Shown one piece after another: positions 25,183 to 39,200 of a stretch of DNA of 64,000 bases; within the stretch, counting starts at the first letter, position 1; every line of letters starts with the position of its first letter. Under the pieces are notes generated by a model. The model made no database searches. It saw only the letters and a list, made by a program, of their open reading frames with translations, and was not told the origin of the DNA. The stretch is from Lama guanicoe. Taxonomy: Eukaryota. The DNA lies in contig MU053881.1 in the NCBI GenBank assembly GCA_013239625.1, forward strand, positions 11,793,957 to 11,857,956, written 5' to 3'. Position numbers and translations under genes: made by a program.

Positions 25183-25332
25183 TTTGTTTAATCTTAATTT
25201 TATTCTTTTTTTTTTTTTGAGGGGGGAGATAATTAGTGTTGTTTTTTTTTTTTTTAAGGGAGGTCCTGGGGATTTTAATCCAAAACCTTATACATGCTAG
25301 GCACACATTCTGCCACTGAGCTGTACCCTCCC
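25183..25332 (-). mobile_element. Camelid tRNA-derived SINE (vic-1 type)
   Basis: Minus strand GGGAGGGTACAGCTCAGTGGCAGAATGTGTGCCTAGCATG...ATCCCCAGGACCTCC, A-rich tail, TSD TGTTTATCTTT (25172-25182) / TGCTTGTCTTT (25333-25343). Confidence 0.85.
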
Positions 25333-27134
25333 TGCTTGTCTTTGGACAGTGGGTAGTGTCTTTTGGGTAAAACTGCTTTCTAGGGTGATAGATATTATTA
25401 CTTGTAATTCCTGCACACTTCCTCTGTTTTTGTTCCCCTGGTTGAGAAGTTAGCTCTGTTGCTATTAAATATATATACCTTGAAACATGTATCAAACAAG
25501 TTTTTCCAGATAATGGCAGAAGTATAAAAGGGCTGGGAGGCAACACAAAATCAGGCTAAGATCTGGCCAGACCTGGCCTAGTGCTCAAAGAGTCACCTGA
25601 CCAGGGCAAAGTAATGGGCACTGAGAGGTGCTGCATCTAGTTTTGTTCCAAGGGTCATCTCTGTTCCACTTGGGGTCTTCACCTCTGGTACCTACAGTGC
25701 ACAGGTGTGTGCATGTGGCCTCTTTCAGATCATCTATAGTTCACTTAAAATACTGCAAATAGGCAACTTGCTTTACTATTTTTGTTTCTGAGCAAGGTTG
25801 TATTTTCTGTTGTTTACTCTCTTTTACTCAACTTGTATTTATTCCTCATTTACAGTGTCCATAGGGTGAGGTTTTGGAGATACTATATTTTATAGAGAAG
25901 TCCTAAAGGCACAGTCCTAGTCCTGGACCTTGAATAGGGGTCTTTGTATTTCTGCCTCTGATCTGTAATTTGGTGTTGAATGAATGGATAAAAGGAAGAA
26001 GGAAAATGTGTCCAGTGAACTCTGGCTTTATTTTAGTAGGTGCTTCTCTGTTGTGCCATCTGACTTTGACAGTGGCTGTTAAAGGTATGTATTTTCCCAC
26101 AAACTGTTACCATCTTTTCTTCATCATCACTGGTCTCTCAGTTAGGGAAAGAAAAACCCAGAGCAGATATCTGCCAATCCAGTTTTCAAGTTCATCTCTT
26201 GTAGCAGTGAGCAGGCCATCTCTTCCTGTCAATCACCTTTTGTAACCTGAAGAAAAGAGAAAGTTACTGACTGACACCAAGGAGAATTTCTTTACATTCC
26301 ATTTTCAGTATCCAAGGGGCTCTGGGATTTGAGACTATCAAATTAGTGTCAATTTGAGACATTTCTGTGAGAAGGAGAAAAAAAAATTGGAGATTACCTG
26401 AATTCATCTTCTCTGTGGCCCATTTCTAACATCCAATCATAGTGACTGTCAGTCACAGAGAAGGACATTACATTTCGATGACTGGGTACCTCTTTAATTA
26501 TAGGAATGAATAATCCAGCTCTCCCAGCTCCCTTCACAACAGCTACAGCCCATGAAATGAAAGGTTTGAACCTGAAGGATCAACACAAACAGAATTTGCA
26601 GCAATTTCTATTACTAGTTCCTTTCCTATTGTCTGAACACAGTATTTCCTTACTGACAGAGGAAATGAATGAGATCTGAAAACACTTCTCTAAGCTTCAG
26701 TGGCATTTAACGCCATTCCCTTCACCTTCTCAGGCTTTGTGGTTGTGAACAGCATCAGAGATTGATGATCTTTTCTTTAAAGACATACATCATTTTAAAA
26801 AATCTTCCCAAAATTTAAAAAAGTGAAGAAAATTTAGTTTTGAGCCGTCATAGAAACAGCACAGATTGTTATAATACTCACTTTGAATTAAAGAAACATT
26901 TTCTTTTCTTTTTGTTGATCATTCATAATTATTTCATGGTAATTTTAAATAAACACGCACCCAGAATATTTAGATTCAAATAAATTGATCTATATACTTT
27001 GTATACTTTAGTTTAACCATGGTGAGTATAAAGTGCTTATTTGACCAGTGCGCTACACTTGAAAATTACTAAGTGTGAGCAATTATTACTGTTACTGTCA
27101 TGGTGACTTTTATGCTATTATAGCCTTGCTTCAG

Positions 27135-27680
27135 TCAGTAATATATTGAGCACCTACTATGCACGGCATTGTGAAAAATACAAAGGTCAGTCATGCTCAG
27201 ATACTGAGTGTGCCTAAAGAAAGTAATGGCTGGTAATGGAAATGAATACAATGAAAAATAAAAAGTAATAATTGTAATGAGAGAGCCATAGAATCCTTGG
27301 GAAGTTCAGAAGCATGAGAAATAAATACCTCCAGATAAAATCAGGGCAGGCTTCCTGTTCACAGTGGCATTTATGCTGGTCCTTGGAAGGTGGGTACAAT
27401 TCAGACATATAGAAAACCAGGGATGACCATTTTGAAAAGGGAGAGTAGAGTGAGAAAAATTACCATGATGAAACAAAATATACATATTGTATAAGAAGGG
27501 CAGAATGAGAAGTGTTTACAAATAGATGTTGACTATATACCATGGAGAACTTTGAATGTTTGGGTAAGTAGTTGGTGGGACTTCTGTTTCTTAACTAAAT
27601 GGAATCCATGAATGGTTTGGAAACAGGGAAGAAAAGTGATTAGAAATACTTTAAGAATATTAATTTGATTGCTATCCTTA
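27135..27680 (-). mobile_element. L2 LINE fragment
   Basis: ATATTGAGCACCTACTATGCACGGCATTGTG followed by purine-rich L2-like sequence. Confidence 0.65.
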
Positions 27681-27731
27681 ATCTTTTTTGGAATTGCAAC
27701 TTGTTGTCAGCTTTCAGACAAGAGTATTTTT

Positions 27732-28327
27732 TGTTTGTTTCTTCATTGAATTATAGTTGATTTACAGGATTGTGTTTCAGGTGATATAGCAAAGTAATTC
27801 TTTTATATATATATATTTCAGATTATTTTCCATTATAGATTATTACAAGATATTAAATAGTTTCCTGTGTTATAAAGTAAATCCTTGTTTCTGATCTATT
27901 TTATATATAGTGTATATCTATTAATCCCGTTCTCTTAATTTATCCCTCTCTCCCCTTTGGTAACCACAAGTTTGTTTTCTACATCTGTGAGTCTGTTTTT
28001 GTTCTATAAATAGATTCACTTGTAGCATTAGCGTCCACATAAAAGTGTTTATGTAATATTTGTCTTCCTCTGTCTGACTTACTTCACTTAGTATGATATT
28101 CTCTAGGTCTATCCATGTTGCTGCAAATGGCAATACTTCATTCTTTTTTATGGCTGAGCAATATTCCATTGCGTATGTATGTGTATGTATATTTTCTTTA
28201 TCCAGTCATTTGCTGATGGACACTTAGGTTACTTCCATGTCTTGGCTATTGTAAATAGTTCTGCTATGAACACTGGGGTGCATGTATCTTTTTGAATTAG
28301 AGTTTTTGTCGTTTCTGGATATACAAG
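27732..28327 (-). mobile_element. 5'-truncated cetartiodactyl-type L1
   Basis: ORF2 C-terminal remnant MEYCSAIKKNEVLPFAATWIDLENIILSEVSQ; TSD CAAGAGTATTTTT (27719-27731) / CATGAGTATTTTT (28328-28340). Confidence 0.9.
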
Positions 28328-30584
28328 CATGAGTATTTTTACTACTATCTATATATTTTTACTAAGATTATATATATTCTGTCTTAGTAAATAATAAATT
28401 TAATATATTGGTAAATTATATGTAATTATATAATCAATTATACAATTATGTATTTATATAATTGTGTGTGTGTGTACATACATATTCTGTCTGCAAGGAA
28501 GGAAAAGGTTAAAGAAATACTTAAGAAAAATCTTCCAATAATAGCTAAAGAATGGCTTCTTATAAAGCTCAAATTGATATATATGTATATATAGAATATA
28601 TAGTTTTCTATTTCTCATTTTTTCAGCTCTAATATTCAGCACTTTGGCTATGAAGGATCAGGAAACATTTAAGTAGTATACATAAAGGAGAAATCTTCAA
28701 GATACACACCAATAAAAATATTTCTATTTAGCTACCTTAAATTAAAAATCTTATTGACTTTTCTTTAAACTTTTGAAAAATATCATAGAAATTGAGAAAA
28801 TAACATTGTGAGGATTTGTAGTTTGTATTGTAGCACAAAAGAAACCAAATCAAGCACTAGATTACAGGAAGTCGTTTCCATTGCAGCACTGAAATCGCAT
28901 TCATACCTTAGTAAATTATCTAAATCATATCCTATAAGGATGAGTACCCTCATTTTGAATATACACAAATGCCACTGAGAAGTGGAACAGGTATTGATTC
29001 CTTGGGGCACAGACCACTTTACTCTCTTTCCTAGTATTAAAATCCAGGTATTCTAAGTCCAGTCAAACTGATCTTTTTGGTTAGCAGAGCCTTTCACACT
29101 AATAAACCCTTGCTTTCCTGATGAAGCAAGCCCTTTTTGGCTTGAAATGATGCATTAATAATCAGTAGATAATTTTAGGCTGGTTGACTGCTACTAATTG
29201 AGTCAGGTGAATTTTAAAAAGTCCTTCTAAATGGATAGACCAAAGACGGTGAGGAAATTTTTTTTTAATCTCCTAGGTGCTTTATTTTATTACAGATAAT
29301 ATATTTTTCTTTAGCTGAATAAATGATTGCAAGGAAGGTAAATGTTTCACATGCAAATACCTCTCCTACCAGGCACCCTACATAATTGAGAGAAACATGG
29401 AGGAAATCACAAACAGTATTTTATTACACTTTAGAAAATTCCTAAACTAATTTGGGTAAAGTCTTGAGTGTGAAAGCACATCCCTAAAAAATACATTTAT
29501 TATCTTTAATTATAGGCATTTTGGATTTATGTCTGTACAGTGTGTGTAGTTACATTCCATTAAATGCTGAAATGATAATGTATAAAGCTCTGAGAATTTG
29601 GACAGATTAGGCAGGGACTGTCAATTCAAGCAGAGAATTTGATCTAAATTCTAAAAGATTAAAAAGTTGAAAACTGACAGGAAGGCTAATGTTTTCATTA
29701 TATGGTTATTCTCTAGCATGGAAGATATATCTTTTCAGATAATGGAATTTCTTTAGAATATTTTTATTAAGGTAGTTAGAACAAAATAGTTCTGCCACTA
29801 TTTACTTTACATAAAAGAAAATAAAAAATTGTGTATTGATAATTTTTATACTTTCTCTGAAAATATAGAATTTAAAACTAGAAGATGAATTTTCAAGAAA
29901 ATTTTAAAACTCTGCTAACAAGTTTAATTATATGTGAATAAGTTATAGCACATAAATCTGCCTGTATGTTATTTAAACAAGTATCCTTTTGAGAACTGGT
30001 CAATGTTCCTATATTATAAATATGAGTAGGAAAGTCATTCAGTATAACTCCTGTTTCCAATTTAGTTGAAGGAAAGAATTTTAGTGATTCAATTAATAGA
30101 GAAAATGAACCTAACAGACAATGGTCAGTGGTGGGACTGTGGGCACTTCTGGGCTCTGTTTTATATAGAAATGAATACCAACAAGTTAGGATTTGAGTTG
30201 CTCATTAAAAGCTCCCTATATCCCCCTAGATACTTCACATTAACTTGACAGTCTGAAATTCCACTTTGTGAGATTGGCTTTCTCTGCCTCTCTTTCCTTA
30301 AGAAAATTCTTCTATTAAAATCACAACGTACCATACAAAAGAGTCATATTAAATGAATTTGTGTTATGACCACATAATAGTTTGAGCTAAATGGGATTTT
30401 TCTTTTTTTCTTTTTTTTTTTTTTAACATAAAGATGGAATGATTATGGGCCCTGCCAATGAAATCAGGACTATGTCAGAGGCTAAACTGAAATGTAAGAG
30501 GGAAATTGAGATTTTTTGGGCATTGATGTTGATTGTGTCAGGAATTTAATAATAATAATATTACCATTTTCAGTCATTTTTCTT

Positions 30585-30903
30585 TTTTTAACATTTTTTA
30601 TTGATTTATAATCATTTTACAATGTTGTGTCAAATTCCAGTGTTCAGCACAGTTTTTCAGTCATTCATGGACATATACACACTCATTGTCACATTTTTTT
30701 CTCTGTGATTTATCATAACATTTTGTGTATATTTCCCTGTGCTATACAGTGTAATCTTGTTTATCTATTCTACAATTTTGAAATCCCAGTCTATCCCTTC
30801 CCACCCTCCACCCCCCTGGCAACCGCAAGTCTGTATTCTCTGTCTATGAGTCTGTTTCTGTCCTGTATTTATGCTTTGTTTTTGTTTGTTTGTTTTGTTT
30901 TTG
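30585..30903 (-). mobile_element. Young camelid-type L1 3' end
   Basis: Perfect 16-bp TSD TTCAGTCATTTTTCTT (30569-30584 / 30904-30919); homologous to 43235-43590. Confidence 0.92.
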
Positions 30904-31056
30904 TTCAGTCATTTTTCTTGAATAAATGCTCCTCAGATTATTTTACGTCTTTGGTTAATTTCCAGAGCTCTGAGAAAGTTGGCTTTGGAAAATTTTGCCA
31001 GTGTTCTAATTGTTTTTAAGGTGGATGATTTTTGAAGGTTTACCATTGCAGAAGTT
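30904..31056 (-). mobile_element. Old L1 5'-terminal fragment (target of the young L1)
   Basis: TTTCTTGAATAAATGCTCCTCAGATT...TTGGTTAATTTCCAGAGCTCTGAGAAAGTTG...TTTTGCCAGTGTT. Confidence 0.6.
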
Positions 31057-31224
31057 CTTTGTTCCCCATGACTACTTTTGATAAGAAATGGAGAATTGAT
31101 ATTCTATCAACTGCAAAATAACAGAATATCGGATGCTCTGTTTGTCCTCTGAGTCTTTATTTCTTTTGGGCTCTCTTTCTTTGCTGCTTTTCTCTGTGCT
31201 CCATCCAACATTTAAAAAAAAATA

Positions 31225-31562
31225 AAAATTGTATTTATTCAAGGTATACAATATGATGATTTGGTATACATATTCATAGTGAAATGATTATTGTAGTCAA
31301 GCTAATTTATAACTTCTCACATAGTTACCCTTTTATTTCGTGCAATGAAAGCACTTGAAATCTACTCTTTTAGCAAATTTCCAGGATTCGGTACATAAAA
31401 GAATGCTGATAGGTATCCTTTGATCAGCATCTCTCCATTTCCCCCACCTCCCAGCCTCTGATAACTATTATTCTATTCTCTGCTTCTGTGTATTCAACCT
31501 TTTTAGAGTCCACATATAAGTGAGATCATAAAGTTTTTTTTCTTTCTATGTCTGGCTTATTA
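31225..31562 (-). mobile_element. L1MA9-like 3' end
   Basis: TTCAAGGTATACAATATGATGATTTGGTATACAT...AAATCTACTCTTTTAGCAAATTT...CCACATATAAGTGAGATCAT. Confidence 0.8.
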
Positions 31563-32624
31563 TAGGTTTTAAAATATGTAGAAAGGAAGCTACCTTTTCA
31601 TAGGTTTGTTTGTTTCCTTAACATATTTCTAAAAGTGATTTATTTAGAAAGGCTACCTTGAAAATGGAAATTATTACAAAATTTAAACATTTGTGATATA
31701 GTAAAACAAGTTATTTACTGATAGAGAATTTTAGTTTCTCCCTTGGGGAAATTCTCTCATTCTCAGTTATAATAACGTCAGACATTAAATTATAAACAAA
31801 TACTATTGTTCATTATTATGACCAATAAAGCTTAGAAACAATATAGATTTGATAATTGGATAGATGGTTATAATAAATAAAAACATCCCCTGATATTGTG
31901 ATACATTCCCTTAACAGCGAATTCATTCTTTCTGATCGTCAGAGCATCACTTAGTAAGCCAAGCTTATATTTTTTTTTTCTGGAAACACTTATTTTTAGC
32001 TCTGTTTACTTGATGTAATAACAAGCTAATTAAATAATTCAAAAATTTATGCTAAGGATACTATAGAATGCCAAATGGTTTTATTTCTCACTGTTTGAGT
32101 ATACTTACCAGTGTCATGACATGCTTTTTTAAAATCCACATAGCAAGAAGTTTTTAAGTTGATTTAAGTCTTTCCCCAGATGCTTCCTGATGTTATTTAT
32201 CCTTGACAGTAAAAGCAGCCAAGATAAAGTACAAAATGAGCCCAAGGATTTGAGTACACCTAAGTTTGAATCTGAGCTTTATAGTGATAAATTAGTAGTA
32301 GATAAATGATTTGTAGAAGCAGCAAGATATTTAATACTTCTTGAATTCTGTGTCCCTATCTATAACATGCCTCCATGCAGGGTGGTGAGATGTGTAACAA
32401 CTAATGTAAAAGTGCTCAACAGAATACATTTCTCCTTCCTTAACTAGGGTTTATAAATTCTAGGAAAGATCAATATAAAAGGGAAAAACTGACTCTGTAG
32501 GCCATCCTTTGGTTGAAAGTGGGATTTGCAATAAATTGTATTTTAAAAATTTATGATTGGAATGAATAATATTTAGATTACTGTTCCCCAATTCCCATTA
32601 AGTCAGTTCTGCCAGGTGGTTATT

Positions 32625-33260
32625 TGTTCATGTATTTTTTTTAACAACAAATATTTATTGAATAGCCATTAAGGACCAGGAATTGAGGATATTACAGTAA
32701 AGAAAAGATGAATGGTAGCTGCCTTCATGAAGCTTCATTCCGGTGAGAACACCTGAAAAGACAACAAACAAAACCTCCCCCAAATCGTTAAAAGCAAATA
32801 ATGACAGATTATTATGAGCACATAAGAAAACACACAGAATGACAGCAACTAACTGCAGGAGGGTGCTTCAGGGAGTGTGGTCATGGAAGGCCTCCCCGAG
32901 GAGGTGACATTTGAGTCAAGATCTGAAGAATGGGAAGTAAGAGGCATACCCAAAACTGAGGAAACAATTCCTAGGCCTAGGGAAGAGAGAATGCACTCTC
33001 TCAAAAGTGGGGAACATCTTGGCTTATTCAAGAAACAGAAAGGAGGCCAGAGGCATTGGCACTTAACAAACCATTGGGAATGTGATGTGAAAAGAAACTG
33101 ATTCCAGGTAGAAACCAAATTAGGCAGGATCTTGTAACCAAAGGAGATTGGGTTCTGTCCTAAGTACAGTAGAAAAGCAGTGGTGTGACTGGATTGAATT
33201 TATGTTCTCTAAAGAAGATTCTGGCTGCTCTGTTGAGAATGGATTGGAAAAGGCCAAATA
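32625..33260 (-). mobile_element. L2 LINE fragment
   Basis: AACAAATATTTATTGAA...GGAAGGCCTCCCCGAGGAGGTGACATTTGAGTCAAGATCTGAAG. Confidence 0.8.
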
Positions 33261-36200
33261 TGCATTTATAGGGTCATACCCTCATGCCCCACATGCTACC
33301 TCAAGAGGACTATGAGAAATGGGAAAAGAGTGTTTGGCCAAGTACCTGTCACATGGTGGCAGATAATCTTGTGACCCAATGAGCTCCACAAAGGTCTTTG
33401 ATCACCAGGTGGTGGAGAGTCCACGTTTCCTCTCCATGCTGCCTGCTCGGTCTCTGCACAGCAGCTGCCCACAGCCTGTAACAGCATGTGGGGCTACACA
33501 AGGGATGGGACCTAGATAGCGATGCCAGTTTGCCATGCCCTAGGGACAGCTACCTCAATGTGGTCACTTTAATACCCAAGATATAGTTTCATATTCAGTA
33601 TGCAAGGTCATCCAAGCATAAGAACGCTCATTGAATGAAATATCCAATGCTTAGGAACAATTCATTTTCACTACCATAAAATGTGTATTTTGTGTAACTA
33701 CTATCCAATTGCTGGGAGAGATATTTTTTCTCATTTACATTTGGTGCATTCCATTAGTGCTAGGTATCTTGTGTACATGGATATTGTCCATGAAGGACTA
33801 TAACCCCTAGATGTCTGTTGATTAGTAAAAATTGAATCAGTTGATCCTTAACAATCTTTTACCTCCCTGCAGCATTCTTTCATTAACACATCATGCGGTT
33901 TCAAAGCTTGAGTTTTGTCACCTTATGCTTCCATGGGAATTGTAACAAGTTAGGAAGCAAAGAGTGGAATGAAATTAGCCTTTAAGATGTGAGATATTGA
34001 CATATTGAGTTATTGTGAATGAAGGATAGCTGTAGTACAGTAGTTAGAGCAAGACTTCTGTTTTGCATTTATCTTCTTGAAGGACAGCAACAGAAAATAA
34101 CAAGGACAACATTAAGAAAATAAATGGAAAAATGAAAGGTACAGGAAAGAACACTTTTTATTATATGAATTGAGACTATATAAAAAAGTTATTGGATTTT
34201 TTGTCTTGTTTTAAAGAGAACATAGAATTGGCAAAAGCTACTCATTTGTTTAGTGGTTGCCAAATACAGTGCTAGATATTCTGCTAGATTTGACAGTTAT
34301 GGTTTTGCCAAGGTTGTTTGGGAACGCTTGATGTCTTTCCCATATGTTGTTAGAAGGCAACCCTAGAACACATGATATAAGAGCCAGGCTGGAAATGGAG
34401 CTCTTTGTGGAATCTGTTTTCTCTTTTTTTGTCAAGTTTTTACATAATGACCCTTCATCTCTATCTCTTTGCTGGTCTGAGAGTGATGGCGGGAGTGGTG
34501 CAAATTTAAGAGGCCAAGGTAACATCTACAGCCTAACTTAGAGTCTAACTTTGTTTCTGAAAACAAGCAAAACAAACAGCAATCATTACAATATAGCACT
34601 TGGAGAGGTCTAAAGTTAAATGGTCTCCATTCATTTCCTGGAGGATTTTTAGACCTTACTGTTGATTCACTACAAAACTGTCCTAATGTAGTCTAGCTAA
34701 ATCCAGAGGGAGTGGGTCTGAACAGGATGAGGAATTCCATCTTCTGGTCTTGTGGATGATCTTTTCTGATCAGGGTGAAGTTGTTGGTGTTGGAGTGAGT
34801 GATTGCTCCTATTCCCTTGTGCTTTGTCTGGCTTTGCTTACGGAAGCTTTTATTGTTATTAATATTTAACATTGACTGAAGGCCAGCAGTGCTCTAGGTG
34901 ATGAATACAGCATTGAGCTAGCTCTGGTCTTTGTCCAACTGGATAATGTCCAATTATACAACTAGGAAATAGAACTTGCTCTATGTGAATATTGGGATAA
35001 ATAGGACAATGTGGGGGGAAAACAAATAGTCATTAATATTCATCAGCCTATGGCAAATTACCAATGAGCTCTTATTGTATCCTAAAAAAATGTAGTTAAT
35101 TTTCTAAGGAAAAGATTTAATATTTTCCAACTATAATTGGTCTTCTTGGCTACTTGCACTTAAACATTTGTTTTGGAGTTACTAAGAATAATATATTCTG
35201 AAGGTAGTGTAGCAAAATCGCTCTAAGTTTGATGAATTTCTTGAGCTTAATTTATATGAATAATTGTTTTGTGGATAACCATTCAGAAATGACTGTTACA
35301 GTCTAAAAATTTTTGTTACTAAAATTACACTAATCAAATACATCAGTATCTTATCAAAAACAAATGAAAACTAAAGCAAACAGAAGATATTATGCTGTTT
35401 TGTTTTTTTTTTTCCCCAAATATTCTTCCTAGAGGCAGAAATTATTTTGCTGCTAAAACTTTAAGGGATGAATATTGGTTCTTCTGCTTGCCCTCTGTGT
35501 TTGAAAAAGGATTGATTTACATCCTGCCTTTTTCCAGTTTGTTCCTCTAATTGATACAGTACTGGATGAGAATAATCCATTAATAGCCACAAGCGCGGTT
35601 TTAAGGGAAGTGGAGCTGCGGAAAGCATTAAACTAACAAACAGAATGTGATTCATTTTATTTATTTATAACTATCCTGAAAGAAATAAGTTGGAGGTGTC
35701 ATTATAATACAGTCTTTTATAGTATTAGGCTCCTGATGCTTTGTGAATTCCCTTGATGTGCTTTGCATTTTAGAATTTTCTTGGCAAACCTATAGAAGTT
35801 CCTTAGACTGTCACATCTAAAACTGTATCTTTCCAATGACTCTCTTCTTGTTTTTCTGGCATACTTTTAAGTGAACTTGTCTCATTCCTTCTTAATTATG
35901 AGCCTTTAAAGGAGGCTGAGCCTGCCTCATCTGGTTGTCTTTGTGTATACAGTGGGCCCAAAGTGAGAAATTTTACTGAACTTAATTGATTTTCACATTG
36001 AATTTTACATTGTTTGTGAGAAGAACTCAGTGTTAGAAAATCTAATAACCAGCTTCAAATTTAGTTTGGTTTAGAGGTGATAAAGGATAGAAAAAGCAAG
36101 AAAATTGGAAAGTAACTTTTGCCCCAAATTATATAAAATTTGTGTACAAAACACTTTCTGGTGAATTTATATAATCATATGAAATAAACCTTTTTCATTA

Positions 36201-39200
36201 TACCAATGATCATTTTTCTCAATTAAAAAGTAACACTTAAAATGTAACGCATGTTTATTGTAAGATTACTATAGAAAATACTAAAGAGCAAAATGTTAAC
36301 AATAAAAGGTTAACAATTTCCTTACCCATAGAAAACTCCCATATACCATTGAGTTTCCGTACTTCTATCCTATTTGACATAAATATAAATTTTCTTTTCA
36401 TAAATAAGGGGTCATATCATGCATATAATCTTGTCATGGCTGTCTTATCTAATAAAGTATTCATTTTTCATGCTATTAAGTATTCCTTTTAGCAATATCT
36501 TTATGTCATAATATTTAAGGATTATTTTCTCAAAACAGTGTTCCATTATTTGACATTTATATATTTTTGGAATTGTCTTCTTTCATAAATAATTTAATGA
36601 TGAACATCTTTGTAGCTATATCTTTGTGCATACTCTTCACTAACAAAATATTTTAATAAATATGCTCAAGCACATGTGTTTGTCACAATCACTGATGATT
36701 CATAAAAATCATTAAAATATGCATCTACAGTAATTATTGCATTTTTATTTTTGAAACAGCAGTTCATGGTTATAAATGGGAGAAGCATTTACTTAAAAAA
36801 ATAACACTGGAGTGACAAATTTAATTTTGTAAATTAATTTTTCCACTACATCATCTTGGTTGCCAACTTTTATTTCAAATTTCTAGCATACATATTTGAT
36901 TATTCCTCAAACACTAACCCATTGCCTATCAGGTGCTAGGTCTTGTTTTAGGAATAAGAAGATTAAGATCACAAAGTTCCCATGCTTAAACTGCTCACAG
37001 TTTCATGGGAATAGACTTACAGAAATGAGGTAATCTTGCAGACACAGAGCAAAGATAAGGTTTAACTTTGCAGCGGTCCCTGCAAATATGCATAAAAAAT
37101 TAATAGTAAGTGAAGAAATGAAGCAATCCTAAATGATAATAAAATAATAGATCAAGAAAAGGCTAAGCTCATAATATGTGCTAAAATTTATTTAGGTATG
37201 ATATCTGTATAAGCTATCAATGATTGTCACTATTGCTAAACACCAGTGTCTTGATGAAGCTTACTATCTAACCTTTTAAGTTGAATAGCAGTAAATGCTT
37301 TGTAGTGTATATTGGGATTCTTGAAAAAGATGTAATGAAAAGATAATGAATAGAGATTTAATTTACCAAAAACTTTGTTATAAAGTAAAAACATATTTTA
37401 CTATTATTGAACCATCAAATAATGATGAACTCTAAAGTGTAAGCCAGTATATGTATTTTAAATTTTTCTCTTTATTTGAATTCCCTTCTATGTTTTGGTA
37501 TTTGATAGATCTAAAAAACCATAATGATACATTCATAGCTGGTGAAATAAATATTATCACAGTTACAGAATCATTTTGGACTATGCTTAATTTTTCTTTT
37601 GCCATATATTCAACTCAATGTATAATATAATGATACTTAATGATACACAGACCTTATCATTGTTGACTTATTTATAATTTCATAAGGGTGCTTGAGCATC
37701 ATCTATTTAAATTTCTTCCAAAAAGTTCTCAATAATTTACTTTTTTTTAAAAAATGACAAGTTCAGACCTCATAATAAGGATTACTTTGATGTTCCAAAG
37801 TAGAATCAGCAATGTTTTCTAGAATCAGCAATATTTTCACTATCATATTGACTTATTCCAGTCAGTGTTGGGGAGAACAATGTCAGTTTTCATTTCTTTG
37901 AATCAAAGTGGAAAACTGCATGAAAGAAACTGTGTAACAAATAATGTCCGCATGCTATTGACTGCCAAAGAGAAGAGTTAGAGGGAAAGAGAAAACCAGC
38001 CATCAGCTCCTTTCCTTAAAACACATGTGAGCAACCAGCTCAGGTGGTTTTGTGTCCTGTTCACTTGTCCTGTAACTGTTGCTTGTAGGCATGTCATGTA
38101 AAGTCAGTCTATTATTTTCAGGATGTAGAACACACCTCTACATCCTTAGAGAGGAAATGGAAGAGCTAGTCGCACAGTGAGTGCTTGGGCAGTTGTAAGG
38201 GGTTTATACTCCTGCACTTAAGATCAATAAGTTTAATTTCCTAGTCCTAGATATTCAGGGCTTTATGGTGAATAGATGGAAGTTCTATTGACAAAATTAT
38301 AGGCCAAGTGGCTGTGACAGACTTATGAATACCTCAGTCCTACTGTGTTTGGGAATATGATGGGAGAGGAAAGTACATAGAAAAAAATATGCACTTACTG
38401 AAAACTTTAAATTTTTTTATTTAAGCATTTTTATAGAGTTGTTTTCTATGAGGAAATGAAATAGGCCTGTACTTATATTGAAAACTGCTTCATCCTGAAG
38501 TCTGTTTCCCTGAAGAACAAAGGTGATCTAACAGACAATGTCAAACTGAAATTATCCTGAAAGACTTAAGTAAAGATTGTTTACTGTTGATACTTTATAT
38601 TCAGTATTAACTTAGAAATAAAAATATTTTTAAGTATTGTTTTATCCTCTGTCTATGTCTATGATAATGAGCAATAGTTTTTTCTTCTTGTAACAAACTG
38701 TAAATATCAGTAACATACATAATTACCAAATAGTCTCTGTGCTCACTAGACTTGAAACATTGGTTAGATGTTGAAGAGAAAATGTTTAAAAAAAAAGAAA
38801 AAGAGCTTAAAGAAGTAAGGCCTACATCCCATCTATAGGATCTTAAAATATAATTTGAAAGAAAAGTGCTGAACAGAACAAAGACAGTTAACAATATAAG
38901 GTAGTTTAATGAAGTCTCAAATACTATATTACATGATATACATGTAATAAATACTGAGAAAGGAGTGGTTGTAAGGAACTATTCAGGAAAGTCTTTTAGG
39001 AGTCTCTCAGAAGGAATATTGCAAGGAAGTTTTACAAAGGATGTTTCAAGTAGACTTCAAGGGGAAGATCTGTATAAGGGCATATGTAGAGCAAAGTATA
39101 AAAAATGTGAACCTTGTTATGTAAGCAAAGAGAATTCACTGAAGAACTTTTGAGGAAGAAATTTTTGTGTTTGGTGTTTGTGGAATATTGGATCACTTTG

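Noticed and set aside
25250..25332. tRNA gene
   Set aside because: This is the degenerate tRNA-like head of a SINE with A tail and TSD; the B box is mutated.
25523..25530. TATAAAAG TATA box
   Set aside because: Isolated motif with no supporting initiator, CpG island or downstream gene; expected by chance.
33270..33560. Higher-GC segment, possibly an LTR
   Set aside because: No termini, TSD or family motif that I can identify; left unannotated.
37801..37838. 19-bp tandem duplication TAGAATCAGCAAT(G/A)TTTTC (similar ones near 1711, 17781, 58151)
   Set aside because: Ordinary two-copy slippage duplications with no spacers; not an array or CRISPR-like structure.
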